Shown piece by piece: positions 36,731-49,400 of a stretch of 64,000 nt of DNA. Source of the DNA: Oikopleura dioica (lineage: Eukaryota > Animalia > Chordata); assembly GCA_907165135.1 (NCBI GenBank), contig OU015566.1, positions 3,844,001 to 3,908,000 on the forward strand. The letters run 5' to 3'. The notes below the pieces were generated by a model. That model saw nothing but the letters and a program-made list of their open reading frames with translations. It did no database searches and was not told the DNA's origin. The first letter of the stretch is position 1, and each line of letters begins with the position of its first letter. Both the position numbers and the translations under genes were made by a program.

Positions 36731-37809
36731 GAAGCAGAAGAATAAGCTGGGGAATCAGCAAAAATCGCGGCCTCAATGTATCAATCGAAGATCTTCGCAG
36801 ACGTTCGACGAAATTCGTCGTTTTGGGCCTTGAAGATGTCGGAAAAACAGGTAAGGTCTATTGCTATCTCTTGATCTGAGTGCTTTGTAGCGTTTGTTGT
36901 GAGATTCGTCACAAAGCGATTCATTTCCGAGTACATGTCTGACAGACATTCTTGCTACGAGCACGAGCTGACGTACACTGGCGGAGAGAAACATTACTTT
37001 GAAATCATGGATCTTTCGAATAAAGTTCTCAAAGATCCGGATAATGAAAAGGTATCCAAAAGAAAGATTTCGAAAACGAAATTTAATTTCCGAAATTTTT
37101 AGGGTATCTTTGTGAAATAACTATTTGAATCCTTATTTTGACGATTCGATAGTCAGAATTTAAGGGTATCCAGAAGTTACGAATTTATGCTCTAGAACTC
37201 TTCATAAGCTTCATTTAGATAATAAAATCTTTAGGACCCTTAAGGGTATACGGGGAGAAAACGCTGTTTGAAAATTCCGAAAATTTCGATTGCGGGGTCC
37301 TTAATATTTTCAATTTAGGGTGGAGAAGAATTCGACGACCACATAAAATGGGGCGACGCATTTCTCCTTATGTACTCAACAACCGACCGTGTCAGCTTCA
37401 ACGAAGTCTCCCGACTCGCCATGACGATCAGATTGCTTCATAAAAACACGCATCCAAAGCCCATCCTGGTCCTCATCGGAACCAAGGTCGATCTTGAGCC
37501 GCAAAGAATCGTCTCTGAGCTCGAAGGAAAAAAGCTCGCGGAAAGCCTCAACGCTCGATTCTACGAAGTCAGCTCGAAAGATGACTACAACGAAGTGGCG
37601 AGAATCTTCAGAGAAAGCGCCAATGTCTGCAGGTTAAATATGGTCAAGGTAGGAAAAAGGCCCGAATCACGAGATCCATTCTTTTAAAGACGCCACTTCT
37701 GATGCGCCGAGCTTCCGCGACCGCTCTTCCTCCGAGCAGCAATGGAATGAAGTCTTTTAAATCACGTGGGAAACTCGCTTCCGTTGGAGATGAAGATTCA
37801 GAGGACTAA
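36731..37809 (+). CDS. RERG/RASL11-12-like small GTPase (5' exon unresolved)
   Basis: FVVLGLEDVGKT AFVVRFVTKRFISEY, KWGDAFLLMYSTTDRVSF, LIGTKVDL, FYEVSS; no CaaX. Confidence 0.85.
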
Positions 37810-38990
37810 AGATTGCAATGACTTTATAATTTGTATATTTGTCTAAGAGCCACATTTATTTCTTGCCAGTTCAGCTTTACCTCGTTTCATCAGATGAAAA
37901 TGCTCAATAAACAATACTTCTATCGCTCAATTTTTGAACCGAACTGCCCTTGAAAGAAGGAAATACAATCCAATCCTTATTTTTTTATCGGTTATCTTCC
38001 ACTTACCGTAGTATATCGAAGTCCCCTGCTTGAGGTCATCTTTTGACCACGACATTAATCGCCAAGAACTGTAGTTCCTCAACAAATATTTCATTTCGAC
38101 AGCTCTTCAATTTAGAAAAGGGAGAGTGTTTTTGTTCGAATATTTAATCTTATTTTCGGTTTGAATTACTGTATGAACGTCGGAATACAAGAAACAAAGC
38201 CGCGATAATGTCTTTGTGGTTAATCATTCAAAAGCAATCTCGATCTTGATTATATTTTCATTGAAAATAAGGTTAAGAAAAATCATGTTTTTTCTAAATG
38301 ATCTGGCAGCAGTTTTCTTCTGGGAAAAGAAGGTTTGACCCATTTTCTCGGCTTATTCAAATGAAAAAAAAAAATAATAATTGATATGCACATGAAATTA
38401 ATATTTATGAGCAAAGTCACAAGCATAAGGTAAGGTTATTTCCGTATACCGAGGAAAGGTACGATAGCTGACAGTCTGACAGTAATTTAATCCTAAATAT
38501 CGAGTTAGACATTACTGTAGACTTGCCGAACTCGAATGAGACGCTCATATTCTCCACTAAAACCATTAATACGTTCCAGTCTTCTTGATGAATTGCAGTT
38601 TTCGACATTTACTCCTGACTTATTAAGGGGAAATGCATCGATTAATGCATCGACAATCTTGCGCGCTGCAAATTTGAAAGGAATGAAACAATCTATCATT
38701 CCTGTAATTATCGCTTCGAATTTAAATTCTTCCATTACAACCCTTTTTGCTTATTCATGAGTCTTTATTTGAAAAGCAATTTTCAGGCTAGATTTTTGAT
38801 TATTATATTTTGGCATCATTTCAATATTTTTATGACAGTTGTTAATTACAGTAAGAAAGGCGCAGTTGTTGTCCGACAGTACCGTTAATGGAAGAATCTA
38901 TTAACTACAGTAACAATCTTCAGTTTTTGTTGAGGATTTTTGATTGATCTATTCGAGTCAAAAGATATGGCGAAATCGTTGTTGACACCC

Positions 38991-39227
38991 TTAAGCATGT
39001 TGCTGTCGGAACATTTCAAGTCTGAGTTGCCTCATGTACTCTTGAAACTGCATCTCTCGCACTTGTTTTTCGCTAGAATGTCGCGAAGACACCACTTTTC
39101 CGTATTTATTGATGTACATCGGCCGTGTTCTTGTATGAATAAATGCATTGTTGATCATTCGATTCCTGTAAATCAGGTCGGCGCTGATGAGATTAAGGAG
39201 AACCAAGATGATATTAATAAAATTCAT
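38991..39227 (-). CDS. Small putative secreted peptide (78 aa), orphan
   Basis: MNFINIILVLLNLISA signal-like N-terminus, basic mature region. Confidence 0.5.
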   Translation of the reverse strand: MNFINIILVLLNLISADLIYRNRMINNAFIHTRTRPMYINKYGKVVSSRHSSEKQVREMQFQEYMRQLRLEMFRQQHA

Positions 39228-40136
39228 GTTTGAGGGTTTTTTCTTTGGAGTTTTTTCTGAGAAGTTTGATGGCAAAGCTTGGCGAAAAAGTTTAAGTACG
39301 ATTTTGTTACGCTGGAATTATGTAACATTGCCAAGGTGTAAGAAATGATAAATGTCGTCGGTGGAAACAGGGAGGAAATCCAGGGCGAGAGGGCTTCAAC
39401 AGCTTCTCAAAGAAAAGTTGAGAATTTAAAAGGGCATCTGTGAACTCGGAATAAAGACAATCATCGATGATTTGGTGGGATTGAAAAACCCACATCGGAA
39501 TACAACTGTACTCATTTGACACTAATGACTTGATTCTCTCGACAAGAAAGTTATTCATTTTGACAAGTGTTCGGGGTCCTAAAGAGCTTGCATGTTTTCT
39601 TGCCTGTTTTAAAAGAAAACGTGTACTTTGGAACGGCTCATTGCTGGACATGGAATAAATTAATGCCCAATTATCCCAAATTTGAGTGTGCATTGAGTGA
39701 CAGTTTTTGAAGAAGCTACAGTGATTTGAAATGGAATATCTGGCAGCATACAGATTTCAGTACCTTAGGTAGATAATTTGGCTGTGAAAACTTAAGGGTA
39801 TCCCTAAGCTAATTCATTTTTGCTCTATAACTCCATATAAGCTACATCAAAATCGGAAAATTTGTTTTCGACTCAATGAGAATTAAGCAGGGACTTCTGT
39901 TGAAAGAACTTTATCGCCATAAGGTCAATAACATTGCCATTTTGCACGAAAAAGTTTTTCCCCGTCAACTTACAACTGTAGCTTGCCCCTTACGCTCGCG
40001 CGCCGCCTTCTTCCCCAGTCAATTAATATTCCACACTCATCATCGTTGCATTTTTTATAGCGAAACATATAAAACGGCATGTCACAGCGAGTTGCTCACT
40101 CCAACAGAAAGTTGACGAAAAAAAAAATATAAAAAA

Positions 40137-40399
40137 ATGAAGATTTTTGGAAATTTTCTCGTCGCCGCCGTTATGGCCGGATACTCGATGCCGTTTTTGA
40201 AGAGAGGATATTCCATGCCGCTTTTTAAGCGTGGCTACTCGATGCCAATGATCAAACGAGCCCCCTGACCCGAGACGAGCTCGACCAAGCACTAGAACAA
40301 GAAAAGAGAGGATATTCGATCCCGCTCTTCAAGCGCGGCTACTCCATGCCACTCTTCAAAAGATCGCTTACCGGTAGTCAATTCGACGACGAAGAGTAG
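40137..40399 (+). CDS. Neuropeptide precursor with five GYS(M/I)Pxx heptapeptides (1-nt frameshift in C-run 40261-40265)
   Basis: Signal peptide then GYSMPFL-KR-GYSMPLF-KR-GYSMPMI-KR-spacer-KR-GYSIPLF-KR-GYSMPLF-KR-acidic tail; TATAAAA at 40068, AATAAA at 40476. Confidence 0.88.
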
Positions 40400-40542
40400 G
40401 GAAACGACTTCACGAGCTTTTCAACTTGTATTTGTGACAAAATGACTTTTTATTTGAAAACGAAAAAAAAACTGAAATAAAAATTCAAAAACACTGACAG
40501 CGTTTTTACGCATTTAATTGTCGATCACACCTTTTTTCAGCT

Positions 40543-40722
40543 ATAGAAAAAAATAGAATAGTGACACCCTTATTTTAAGCACTCGCGATTATCAATGAAA
40601 GGGCGAATAAGGGTGTAACCCCGAAAAAAAAAAGATATAAGGGTGACACCCTTATTCGCTCTTATATTGTGAATCGCGATAAAAGTGCATAAAATAAGGG
40701 TGTCACTTTTCTATTTTTTTTT
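40543..40722. mobile_element. Palindromic MITE (GTGACACCCTTATT / AATAAGGGTGTCAC family)
   Basis: Nested inverted repeats; the same motif recurs at about 3240-3420 and 34285-34505. Confidence 0.6.
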
Positions 40723-41559
40723 TCAAGAGGGGCGAAAATTCATTTTGAATGTCAAGGATTTTTTTTCCTGCAGAATTGGATCAGCATACCTAATTTTTTC
40801 ATTTGAAAAGAGCAAAAACAAGTGTAACGAGCCAAAGTGCCAAAAAATATGCAGAAGCGGAACTCTGCTCAGCGACTTCGCAGACATCGTTGACAGTCTT
40901 CTGACACATTTTTATTTGTTCGTTGTAGTTTGACACTTGCGCCTTGTTCATTTCTTAATTATTTATAACTATCGAAAAACATTCACTAAAGCGCGATGCA
41001 CTGAAAACAAGAAGGCGTCGATACTGCAAATACAGTTATTCTATCGGCGCTAATGTCTGGCCACAGGTTACAGAGAATCAACAACTTACGATTGCAAGAA
41101 AGTTTTATCGCTTCAAAAATATTATCACAATAAGTCGATTTATCCATTTTCTCTTTTCTGCAAAACAAATCGTTTTTTTAATAATGCAAGGGGGAGAAAT
41201 TCACAATCAAGTTCTTGAAGAAGCCTCACTTTTTGATTACTTTGTTCGAGATTGAAGCTGTTTTAATCAAGTGGATTCAACTATTCAAAGGGATTTTTAT
41301 TTGGCAAGCTCCTGTTGTTGCTCTTGAGTGGTAAAAATGCAGTTATATTCCGGTCTGCTAGTATGCAATTGAATAATTATTGATTGAAAGAAGGGAGGTG
41401 TCTTATTGAGTGACCCCCTTTTCCAGGGCGCTACAGATTCTACCAAATTTTATTATTATATAAATAAAGAAAAGTTTTCAGATGACAGCTATTTCAGTGA
41501 GCAAAATAAAGTAAGATGTGGTAATGATTCGGAAAAGACTTTGATTTTCTGCGGTATAT

Positions 41560-43555
41560 TCATTCTTTGGTACAGTATTCTTCCTTGATTTCTTCTTTGA
41601 AAGTCTTCCCTGCAAGACGATTATCTTGACTTTCGCACCCTGGTAAAAGCATGGGTGTGCATTCGGCCCGAAATCGGGTGTCGGGCCGACCGAGGGCCGA
41701 GCCGAAACGAAAAAATCAGTGTTGGGCCGGCCGAAAGCCGAGCCGAGCCGAGGTGCCCGAAGTGCCCGAATCGGCTTCGGCTCAACTTTCGGCTCGGGCA
41801 ATTTGGGCTAATTTTCGGGCATTTCCGGCAATGATTTTCGGAAAATTAATATAAATCTGAGCTCAAAAAACAACCGATTTTGAGGAAAATCGGCCAAATT
41901 TCTGATGGCAAAATTTTGGATTATCAATTTATAAGGTTATTGGTAGATATCAGTCGAAGAATCAAGCACAGATCTCTGTAAAATTCTTTCTTACTCTCTA
42001 ACTTTGGCCGGGTGCCCGGTTGCCCGAAGATCGGGCCGAATTGCCCGAATGCCCGAGCCTGCCCGAACCTGCCCGAGAGAATTTCAGGTCACCAGCCGAC
42101 CGAGAGCCGAGCCGAACCTGATTTGCCCGAAAAATTTGTCGGGCAGCCGAATGCCCGAGAGCCGAATGCACACCCCTGGTAAAAGACGTTTTTGAGGAAG
42201 CTTGAACTTCAGAGAATTGTAGTTGATTTTGAGACTGAACTTTGATGCTAACGGGCCATTGAAGAGTGAAGGCAGCGGATTGATTGGCAGCGTTGGACGA
42301 GACCTTGATGGTTTTTCAGGGAGAGGCGGCGGAGCATCGGCATTGTTTTCTTCGTCTTTTGGTTCTTCTTTGATGGTTATTTCCTCGGCGATTTCTTCTT
42401 TTATCGACTCAGGAAGTGGCTCACACGAGAATGGCGTGGCAATAGCTTGTTCTTCCTCTACCACCTCTTGCTTGATACAGATCTCTTCGTTTTCGACAAC
42501 TTCTTCTTTTACTGATATTTCTTCTCCTTCGTTTTCTTCTTTGAGAGAGATCTCTTCATCTGCAGCATCTATTTCTTTTTCGCTCGACTGCTGAGTCGTT
42601 GCTCGAACTGCCAGAAGATGGGTTAATGATCGCGCATGATCTTCAATGGGTGAGGCTCGGAAATTTGTACTGCCCTCGTGGCAGAACTATTAATCTTGAT
42701 TCGTTATCGTAGAAACTTATACGAAGCTTACCGTATTTTTTGCGGGACAACATGTTATGGCAGACATTTCCTTGTAGTCGATGCAGATCTAAGACAGGGA
42801 ATTGAGGATTTTCTATTGCTTCATTTTTACCTGACAAAACAGCTTTCCATCTTTAAGGAACAACCAAGGATGTCTCTTTCTCCATTTATTAACCAAAAAA
42901 GGGACGTTGCAATTTCTGTAGTAGTCATTTTGTTGTGCCGCTGCCGACATTTGCGTCGTCGAGTCTGAGGTGTTTTTGGAAGCTTCTTCTTTTGGAGGTG
43001 GTGTTATGCGAGCGGATAAATCGTCGGATACATTCAGTGTCGCCTTCTGCAGGTTTGCATGATCTCCTCTAAGATCCACTTTATCAGCCGTTCGAATCAA
43101 GCCTGCCGCTTCGGCAACAACAATTAAATTTCCAATGGAATTTGGGCTTGGTTGCTGAGTCGCTGCTTGAACAGCGGCGAGATGAGTATGCGTTCTACCA
43201 TGTTGTATGATTGATGAGGAACGGATGTTTGTGATGCCTTCGTTGGAGAACTTAAAATCTTATAACTACACGTAGCGTGACGATGAGGAAGGCTTACCTT
43301 GTTTCTTTGGTCCGAGAAAGCCTTATTAATCGCCGTATAGTCGATGCAGGCCTATTAACACAAATTACAAGATATGATTAAAACTTTTTTGTACTAAAGT
43401 CTTACCTTGCAAAAGAGCTTTCCATCTTTGAGAAACAACCAAGGATTCTTCATTTTCCATTTATTGATCAGATTCGGGATATTGCAGTTTCTGTAGTAGT
43501 CATTTTTCTGTGCCACTGCTGACATTTGTGACGCCTTATTTTCATTTTTAAACAT
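41560..43555 (-). CDS. Protein with two TTF/C17orf113-type zinc fingers and an acidic (I/V)KxE-rich tail
   Basis: Duplicated PWLFLKDGKLFC..C-IDY...F..EG.TN.R...I..H.....H units with introns at equivalent positions. Confidence 0.7.
41650..42178. mobile_element. hAT-like MITE in the last coding exon of the zinc-finger gene
   Basis: TIR CA(T/G)GGGTGTGCATTCGGC; duplicated (G)GTAAAAG; subterminal GCCGA/GCCCGA repeats. Confidence 0.85.
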
Positions 43556-43668
43556 AAAGATCTGAAAAACAGTGTTGCGGATAGATTGCTCTCAGTTTAT
43601 GCGATTTAATTAGAATTAAGAATACAGAAAGAAGAAGACGGATTGAATAATGGAAAGAAGATTTTTTG

Positions 43669-45051
43669 TCACTGGAAAATATTGCACTCGTCGCTCAGAA
43701 GCTCTTCTACAACTTTTGATTCCACAGCTGCCCCATTTCTTCTCGCGAAATCGATCGAGACGGCGAGAGAATTCGGCTTCCATTCATGAGCATTTTCGAA
43801 AACTTGACTGTTGATAGATTCAGCTTGAAAGCCGAGTTGCTCGCCATCGTTTGGAGTTGGATCGGGAGAGGAGGAGAGATCAAGGTCGAAGATAAAAATG
43901 GCTTCTCGCTTGATGTAGAATTCGGTGTGCCAGCAGTAACGAGCCAGTTTCACAAATTTGGCATTTTTTGTGGCGTCGGGAGAGACTGATGCTTCTTCCT
44001 CGGCTTCCTGAATTTTCAATAACTTTTGATGGTATTCGGAATGACAGTGCTTCTGCAATATTGAGGAGTTCATCGAGAAATTTATTTTCAGATAATAACC
44101 CGGAAATAGCAAGCTTACATATATTTATTGATGAAAGAACGAATATAGCTTTAGAACCATTTTAAATCATCTTTAATATAAAATAACAAATCTTAATATA
44201 CCAGAGGCAGAAAAGATAAACGAAATCATTTCACAGTAGTACAACTTGTACAAGTATTTGCCAAAATACTCGCTTATATTTTACTAAAAATGGCGCCAAC
44301 CCCTTTCGCAGTTGTTGATTCTTATCGTTTATCTACCTTATCTTTCCAAATGATTCAGCTACGGTAAATAAAATTGAAAAGCACCTTGCCTTTCTGCATG
44401 CTATCGACAATTCAGAACAAATCAAATCGATAAGCTATTGATAATAAAGCAAAACGGGGTTTTTCTTACCTTGATCAAATTTTCTTGAACAGAGAGGCCG
44501 TAAATCATCCCTCCACCGATGGCAGTATCCAATTTGCCCGGAAAGGTGCTCTTATTCATCGCTCTCTTTCCAATCCACAGCTTCTTTTCACCCTCCATGT
44601 CAATTTTATAGACATTACAGTGCACCCCGTAGCTTTCAATGCCAAGAACTTTGCACAATGCACGTTCGATCGTAAAAAGAGCAGTTTCAGGAAATCGAGG
44701 GTCGGAGCCAAAAGGATAAACGCCGAATTCTTCATTTCTCCAGCCGATTTTGAGCCTTGATAAATTGCATTTTTCAGCGATGGAGGAGAAGTTTTCTTTT
44801 AACTTTGTCGAGAATTCTAGAGCAGCCGCGCTTCTGGATTCAAAATCATTCCCTTTCATAACAATATCTTCATTCTTTCCACAACTAGAAATCTCAAAAA
44901 CCTCTGAAAAGGATTCAATAAGCGGCAGAAGCAGTTTCGGAATGAGGCCAAATCGAGTTCCAGAAGAAGTTGAAAGATAGATAACATCCTGTTGGGTGAA
45001 AATTCGCTTGGCGAGTCCGTTTTTTAAGTAATCGTCAATACAGGAAGACAT
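43669..45051 (-). CDS. Nudix hydrolase with DUF4743 (NUDT20/YJR142W-like), paralog 2
   Basis: GWRNEEF, ERA..LGIESYGVHCN, LWIGKR..KSTFPGKLD..GGG, NLIK|EAEEEA Nudix box. Confidence 0.88.
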
Positions 45052-45132
45052 CTGATTCTGACGATTTCAGTCTATAAAATCAAATATTGAATTATGAAAT
45101 TGTCTTGAAGAAAAACGAGTTATCAGTATATT

Positions 45133-46232
45133 TTACAGCGAAAACTCATTTTGGTCAACAGATTTGAAAATAAAGTCATTTCGAATCAGCCGATCTAGCT
45201 CTAGCAAGTCATCTTCTTCTCTAAAAGCCCATCTTTAACCCTGGAAACCATCCTAAACTCACCTCAATAACCCTTTTCGAATGCAAAAATCAAGCGTAAT
45301 CGCCATCGAATTCGGCTTCCACTCGCTCAAGTCATCGAAAAGCTCCAAACTTTCGTCGAGCTTGACTCTTTTGAAGTTCTGCGCTTCTCCATCATTGACG
45401 ACTGGAGTGAATTTTTCAGGAAGCTTGAGGTCGAATATGTAGTTAACTTCTGGCTTGACATAGTGAGGAGTATGATAGCAGGTCTTTTGGAAGGAGACGA
45501 ATTTGGCTGCCTTTGAAATAGAGGGAGGAATAGAGGCTTCTTCTTCTGCTTCTTTTACGGCGCATTCGTACAGACTAAATTTTGGCTTCTCAATTTTGGT
45601 ACAATACGAGAAAGAGGTTTTCACCTTGTATTAGCAGGAAGCCCTCCAGCAGCACAATTGTCCAATAAATCGGGAAAATTTGGCTTTGTCTTTGATCTTC
45701 TGGCAACCCAGAGATGATATGCATCCCCAATCTTCGTGTAGCAATTCAAATGCGCTCCAAAAGACTTCATTCCAAAAAGTACGACCAGCGGTCTTTCCCA
45801 TAGAAAAAGTGGCTTTGAAAAATCGTCGGTCAAACTTGGAACCGCCCATTTTTCATTGCGATATTTGATTTCGAAGGGTTCAACTCCATTATCGACGCAA
45901 AGAGAAGACCAAGAAGAGCGAATGTCTTCCTCAAAACGATCGAAAAAGGACTGAAGGTTTCCGGATATTTCTAGCCTGGTTCCGCAAGAAGAGGCAGATG
46001 AATTCGGGCGAGCAAGGACGATGGGGAGGAATTTTCTATGAAGAAACCCGAAATCTTGGCCTAAGAGGTTCAAAAATGAGAGAAGAATATGGAGATCTGG
46101 AAACTAGACTATGAACCTGCACTCTTTTGAAACTGCATGCCAAATAATCGTATCCTCCTTTTTGTGAATTCTATTGTTCAGCTGATCTCTTAGAAACTGC
46201 TTGATTCTCCTGATTCTATCTACCCTTGCCAT
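45133..46232 (-). CDS. Nudix hydrolase with DUF4743, paralog 1
   Basis: YRNEKW, FGAHLNCY, LWVARRSKTKPNFPDLLDNCAAGG, ECAVKEAEEEASIP, FDLKLPEKFTPVVNDGEA. Confidence 0.88.
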
Positions 46233-46409
46233 TCTTACAAAAACGCGTTGAAGATTTGAGTTTTTAAAGCTGTTTTTATCTTTAATTTGAATCAAGAAAG
46301 ATATCAATAAAATCTGACATGTGTAAAATTGAAAGAATCATGAACTGAATAATATGATGAATCAAAGGCAATCAGTTAGATCGGACAAATGAAGAAAAAG
46401 TTCATGCGA

Positions 46410-49400
46410 TTATTCTTTTCCAAGACGATTGATGTAATTGGCAAAGACCTCCATTCCCTTCGTGTAATTGATTCGGTTGAGCTTTTCGTTCTGTGAGTGA
46501 GCTCCGTCGTCGCAAGATCCCATCGGCAGAAGGAGGACGGACTTTTTCGTGACTTCTTCGAAAACGAGCGTGACTAAAAGTGACGTTTCAGAGTAATTTC
46601 TGATTAAATCTTTAATCAGCCCAGTTTTTGGTTTTTATTATTCTACACATTTTCTTACTTGGAATGGAGCCACCTTCTCTTGTCAAATCCGGCTTGACAC
46701 CCCAAACATCGGTGACCGCGTTGATAGCTGCTTGAAAGTTGGGAGTGCTCGTTTCCGCTTTCCATGGGCGCCCGGGTTTCTTTGCAAGATAGCACTTGAC
46801 CTCGTTCTGAGTGCCTAGAGATTCATGAACCTTCATGACATGCGATACGACGGCCTTTTCCACGTGGTCGAACGTCATCGACGGAACGAGGCGAATCGAG
46901 AATTTTCCAATTACTTTTCCCGGAATCACGGTTTTCTCGCCTGGCTCAGCAAAAGCGCCCTAAAATATCATTTTCACTGAATGATTGACGACAGTCAATT
47001 TTTACCTGCCAGCCATGAACAGAAAGAGTAGGGAAACGCCATCTTCTCATCAAAAGATCTGCTTTGTTGTCTTCTGTAAGCTTGGCAGCAGCAAGATCGC
47101 CTCGGAAATCTTCGATGCTGAAGTCGATTGTTTTGTACGTTTCGAGCTCTTCATCAGTTACTGGATCAACCTGAAAACTTGTATGAAAACTTAAGGGTAT
47201 GGTACGCGCACAGGGTCAAGTCTCAGAATCGGTTTTTGACCAAATATTCTGAATCCCCATGAAATTCTGACCAAAAAACTCCATATGAGTATTAACTCTA
47301 TCTCAACCCATTTTTCCACAAATGAAATTAAAAGTGGCGAAAATTAGTGCATTTTGGCTAAAAGGCGGAAATTATAAAATTTTTACTATTTTTGGTCGTT
47401 ATGATAGGGTGTCATATGATACCTTTTTGGAAAGCTCACGTTCAGGACATTTATTTGCGATAAATACGGCGCCTTTTGGGCTATGCCCGCAAGGCAATTC
47501 ACAGAGCCAAAGGGACGAAAAATAGGTACCTTCGTACTTTAAAATTTTTTACATAAAAAATTTTAACCAATTGAAAAAAGCTCGTGTAATTTTTAAGATA
47601 AGCGTCTGAACTTTACTATAAAAAAGTATTGGAGGGGTTTTCTATCGTAACTTCAGAGGAGTGTTTCTCTTCATATAGGCTTATTTCGCGTATTTTGACC
47701 GAGACGACAACTTTGAGCCACCCGCACGTGAGTTCTTTGTTGGAATTTAGGAAAAAGCTCGTGTAAATCAGAAGATCTAAGATCGAACTTCATCTTAAGC
47801 TATTGTACACTCTCCCAGCATTGACAGGGTCAGAGAAGTGTTCCTCTGCTTTGGGCCTCCGCGCGTACCATAGCCTTAAATAATGAAATTATCGTATTGA
47901 TTTTCCCATTTCTATTTTATGCGTCTTTCTTCCGAGCTTGTGAATCATTTTTTACAACGAATCTGAAAACATACGCTCAATTTGTGAACCCCCACTTTTC
48001 CTCTATTTATGGCTTTCGAATCTCACCTGATCCATAACTCCCGGAACCTTGATCTTCCCATTCGGTTCGACCATCGAGGCAAAAATATGCGACAATTCAA
48101 CGGTAGCTTCATGAACACTTCCGCCAAAGACGCCCGAATGCAGATCCTGCTTGGCGCAAACAACTTCAATATAGAAATACATCTGTCCTCTTAGCCCGTA
48201 GGTCACGCATGGCTTTGACTTGCCAAGAAAGTAGTTGTCCGAAATGCAAACCCAGTCGACATTTGTTTCGAAAAAGTCGGGCCTGCCGCGCACGACACCT
48301 TCCAAGTTCACAGAGCCGGACTCTTCCATCCCTTCCAAGCAAAATTTGATGTTGATTGGGATCTCTGTGTTCGTCTTTTGGTAACTCTCGATGACATTGA
48401 CCCAGCCAAGGACGGGGCCTTTGTCGTCGGTACTTCCTCGGCCAAACATCTTCCCGTCTTTTTCTGTGAGAACAAATGGGTCTGTATCCCAGCCATCAGA
48501 TTTCAAAGCGGGCTGAAGAAAAATTAAAAATCCAATTCCAAATCAAATTTGAAAACCAACCTGAACATCCATGTGGCCATAAATCAGAAGAGTCTTCTTC
48601 TTCGGGTCTTCTCCCAATTTCCCAAGGATAACCGGCGGAAGAGGTCGAGTAACTCCATCGTGCATCTTCTGAGTTCCAATGTCGACCATTTCCGTTGTGG
48701 CGCCGATCGTATGGAGTAGCTTCTGCGCAGGGCTGCCCAATCGGACAAAAAATCTTGGTCTCGGCGATCCGATTCCGATCCGATCCGATCCGAACCTCAT
48801 CCGATCCGACCGATTTCCGATCCGATTACCGATTCCGATCGGATTTTCCAATTCCGATCGGAAAAACATGTCCGATCGGAAAATTTTCCGATCGGAAAAA
48901 TCAAGGAAGATTTTCAATTTTCAAAAAGTGGCAGTTTATTCAATAGTGTTCATGGCGACAGTAGAAACAGGTTTTTTATACTGCTGCAAAATGGTGGAGC
49001 ACTTTTGACTGAAAGAGAATGTTCGTTTATGTATAATCTGAGATTTTCGAAAGATTATCTCAAGAGGAAGGCCAAATCGACAAAAATTGTACACTTCGTT
49101 TTACGGGGTTCTTTAGGTAGCTTCGGCTATAGGGGTTAAACTCAACATTTTTTAGTTCTCTTTTTTGTATCTTTTTAGAGAAAGGTGTGTAGTGTGTTAA
49201 ATAAGCTTTTGGTGCCTTCAACATCACTGGTGGTGGAGCAATGACGTCATGAATCCGGAATTTCCGATTGGTCATAAAAATGGGGGACATAATAAAATTG
49301 AAAAGTGCTTACAATCTATATAGATCTGCAATTTCATCACTTAGAGTTGTTCCTTACATCAATATCAAGCATTCTTGATATGTTTGGCGCAAACACCAGT

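Noticed and set aside
48543-49008. ORFs with SDRIG/PIRSD repeats
   Set aside because: Translation of CCGAT subterminal repeats of the MITE
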